Below, piece after piece: positions 41,751-42,757 of a DNA stretch of 42,757 bases. The stretch is from an uncultured Clostridia bacterium. GTDB lineage: Bacteria; Acidobacteriota; Aminicenantia; UBA2199. The notes beneath the pieces are model-generated. The model made no database searches and was not told the origin of the DNA. It saw only the letters and a program-made list of their open reading frames with translations. The DNA lies in contig CAZOWT010000002.1 of NCBI GenBank assembly GCA_964583345.1, positions 1 to 42,757 on the forward strand. The letters are read 5' to 3'. Numbering within the stretch: the stretch's first letter is position 1; every line of letters begins with the position of its first letter. A program made the translations under genes and the position numbers.

Positions 41751-42757
41751 CTAATCGGCCATGGCCTGTTCAAAGGAATCGATCATCTTGGGCATGATCA
41801 CGTTCAGCAGCAACCCGAGTTGAATCTTGGCCCGGTCAACCAGCATGCCCCACTGGAATTCCCCCAAAGAAATGACAATGACCATCTTGCCGCCCACCAG
41901 GTCCATAATATAGTACCTTCCCAGGCCGGGGAAACCGGCTCCGTCCAGGGCATCAATCATGTAATTGGTGATCCGGTTGAACAGGGCGCAGGCCTGGGGA
42001 TTGGAGTTCCAGCCCACCAGAGACTGTCCGTCAGCTGATCCGTAAATATCGGTTGCCAGCAGGCCATCCCCCATATTGTCTTTCTGGATTTCAATCGCCT
42101 GATTTAATTTTTTTATGTTCATATTGACCTCCTTACTTTTTTCCTGACTTTTATCGATATCGATAAGGACAATTTCGATTTCATCTTTATCTTCTTTCAC
42201 ATCTTTTTTTTCTTCTTTATCTTCTTCCTTCTCGTTTTTTTGCTCATCTTTACTATCGCTCTTTTTCACCTTCCCCTCTTCATCGGCCTTTTTCATGACA
42301 TTCATGAGCAGAACCATGAACGGGGTATCGATGGTATGCTTGGTATCCTTTGATTGTTTCTCGACCGAAAAACGGCCTTTCCGGGTGCGGATCAGGTGAA
42401 ACGCCGCTTCCTCTCCCTCCAGGTTGTCAAATTCGGCATGGATAATCTCCCCGCTCTTGAAATGCAGGTATCCGTATTTATCGTTGATTGAGATCTTGAC
42501 GCTCAGTGATTTTTTCTCCAGGTTGATCATCTGCAGCAGAGAAGTTAGATCAATGACATTGACCGTTCCCGATACCCCTTCCTCTTCGACAAAAAAGCCC
42601 ATGATCTTGTCTTTAAACCAGGAGAAACTAAACGGTTTCAGAATAATATCCAGTCCGCCCAGTTTCTTGATTTTGCTCAGGACCTCCTCGGTACCATAGG
42701 CGGTCATGGCAAAAAAACCGCCCTGGTATTTCTGTTTTTTCAAATAGACAAATAAAT
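41751..42757 (-). CDS. Regulator, 5'-truncated at the window edge: C-terminal part of a REC domain, DUF4388, Lys/Glu-rich linker, Roadblock/LC7-like C-terminal domain
   Basis: The reading frame stays open to position 42757 (...LFVYLKKQKYQGGFFAMTAYGTEEVLSKIKKLGGLDIILKPF is the end of a receiver domain). The DUF4388 pattern is GTVNVIDLTSLLQMINLEKKSLSVKI...YLHFKSGEIIHAEF...GEEAAFHLIRTRKGRFS. The C-terminal ~115 aa (GLLATDIYGSADGQSLV...GGKMVIVISLG) resemble Roadblock/MglB-type domains, which is inference. Confidence 0.72.
   Translation of the reverse strand, partial: LFVYLKKQKYQGGFFAMTAYGTEEVLSKIKKLGGLDIILKPFSFSWFKDKIMGFFVEEEGVSGTVNVIDLTSLLQMINLEKKSLSVKISINDKYGYLHFKSGEIIHAEFDNLEGEEAAFHLIRTRKGRFSVEKQSKDTKHTIDTPFMVLLMNVMKKADEEGKVKKSDSKDEQKNEKEEDKEEKKDVKEDKDEIEIVLIDIDKSQEKSKEVNMNIKKLNQAIEIQKDNMGDGLLATDIYGSADGQSLVGWNSNPQACALFNRITNYMIDALDGAGFPGLGRYYIMDLVGGKMVIVISLGEFQWGMLVDRAKIQLGLLLNVIMPKMIDSFEQAMAD

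Overview
This 42.8-kb window looks like a chromosomal segment from an uncultivated diderm (Gram-negative-type) bacterium. It has moderate GC, GGAGG-type ribosome-binding sites, sigma70-like TTGACA/TATAAT promoters and many signal-peptide or beta-barrel envelope proteins. The Zn-ribbon Ser/Thr kinase with a TolB_N-like plus TPR sensor suggests Acidobacteria/Aminicenantes-like lineages, at low confidence.

Layout, left to right:
- Left edge: the start of tuf, preceded by the classical tRNA cluster Thr(UGU)-Tyr-Gly-Thr(GGU), all on the minus strand.
- Minus-strand block: GT2 glycosyltransferase, patatin-like phospholipase, a ~1004-aa secreted propeller+VWA protein and queA. A tightly packed four-gene envelope operon follows: a 653-aa beta-barrel, a ~1880-aa PKD/IPT giant protein, a 661-aa FN3-array protein and a 136-aa lipoprotein. 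None has a recognisable catalytic motif.
- Plus-strand block: a LeuC/LeuD-type dehydratase pair plus an IDH-fold dehydrogenase. Two tandem paralogous PiT-type transporters follow, each with a C-terminal PhoU-like domain and its own near-consensus promoter.
- Next: a lipid kinase (plus an unannotated 39-aa TM ORF), a DUF5916/CBM9-like outer-membrane protein, an NtrC-family enhancer-binding response regulator with a degenerate GAFTGA loop, a DUF374 protein and an Mth938-like protein.
- AT-rich accessory islet (about 31.67-34.2 kb): a REPtron, meaning a rayT tyrosine transposase surrounded by, and internally containing, GTAG-flanked palindromic REP elements. An 81-aa ORF plus a radical SAM/SPASM maturase follow it.
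- Right part: a 1031-aa Ser/Thr kinase, xseB-xseA (xseA with an extra N-terminal module), mgtE, recO and a 5'-truncated REC-DUF4388-Roadblock-like regulator.

My top candidate for an undescribed system is the 81-aa ORF plus radical SAM/SPASM pair (a possible RiPP-type module). The envelope operon is second.

I saw no rRNA, CRISPR array, integrase, reverse transcriptase or recognisable defence genes. Coordinates of features not in the ORF track were counted by hand and may be off by 1-2 nt. All family assignments come from motif recognition by eye, not database searches.
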